Positions 63,281 through 64,000 of a stretch of 64,000 nt of DNA are shown here, in pieces. The notes under the pieces are model-generated. The model was not told the origin of the DNA. It did no database searches and saw only the letters and a program-made list of their open reading frames with translations. Origin of the DNA: Chrysomallon squamiferum (lineage: Eukaryota > Animalia > Mollusca); contig CM022665.1 in assembly GCA_012295275.1 (NCBI GenBank), forward strand, positions 22,072,001-22,136,000, in the 5' to 3' direction. The translations under genes and the position numbers were made by a program. Each line of letters begins with the position of its first letter. Positions within the stretch are counted from its first letter, which is position 1.

Positions 63281-63754
63281 TTGTAGCCAGTAAATAAACA
63301 AACGAAAAATAATATGTAACTTTATCTTCTGTTTCACACGTTCATTTACAGAGTTTATAGAGAGAACATTATTTTATTGCGCTATTAAAATTTGTAAAAA
63401 TAAATAAACACAGTGGATCGTATCATTGTTGCATTGCTCTCACTAGCAGACACACAATGACTTCTAAAAACGCTTTATTGTTATTCTCTTGACATAAATT
63501 TTCCATACCTCACTAACTTTTTTTGCTATTCGATATGATCATATATTAGCTTTCAAACCTTTCGCACCGATTGTAAACCTATTAGATTTAGCTTAAAGTT
63601 AAGTGTGTACGTTCATTCCGAAATTAATAGCAATACGCAGAGATACTTTAAAAGCTATCTATCATTATCAGAATTTGTTAAAGTTCAAGGAGATGAAAGC
63701 TTTGCTAGAAATAAAAAGTATCATGCTTGATAGAGTCGACTGAAGATTTTTAAC

Positions 63755-63898
63755 CTTGCCATGGTCAGTGTTGATATTTGAGTTAGTTTGAATAGAGACT
63801 GTTGTTATATATGAAGGTGTCAACAGGAGGTTATTAATGTTAACTGTCACACGCGACACGATTCTGTAATTAGTATAACCGTGGTAAAAGGAATCCAT
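63755..63898 (-). CDS. Possible upstream exon of the LRRC74-like gene
   Basis: ORF MDSFYH...DHGK ends at AAG|GTTAAA in phase 0, in frame with the 62765 acceptor; alternatively ACCATGG at 63762 (phase 2) fits the acceptor at 62760. No homology support. Confidence 0.25.
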
Positions 63899-64000
63899 GT
63901 TTAATGGTCACTGTTTTGTGATTCCTGCAAATGAATTAAACCATTTCCTCATGGTCAGCCATCGCTTTACAAATCTGTGTGACCCCATGCAGAGAATTAT

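Overview
AT-rich, intron-rich animal genomic DNA. The repeat content looks molluscan, probably gastropod (inference only). Four spliced protein-coding genes could be reconstructed by hand with consistent GT-AG phases: BAHD1-like (+, ~17169-25216), TAF12 (-, 31372-36188 plus an upstream micro-exon at 37944-37961), KCTD3/SHKBP1-like BTB-WD40 (+, 38105-48716, head-to-head with TAF12) and LRRC74-like LRR + EF-hand (-, 54855-62765, 5' end uncertain). The first 17 kb has no recognisable coding exon and is rich in microsatellites and decayed repeats. Other features: a Tc2/pogo-type MITE, a small hAT-type MITE, old SINE copies, one young and two decayed minisatellites, a 163-bp inverted duplication and a 114-bp palindrome. 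I found no clear novel multi-gene system. The best leads are regulatory: a TAF12 micro-exon acting as either uORF or start depending on splicing; tandem LATS/NDR-type HxRxxS motifs and alternative PDZ-type C-termini in KCTD3; and a CpG-depleted, (AG)n-free housekeeping domain with CTCF-like motifs near both edges.
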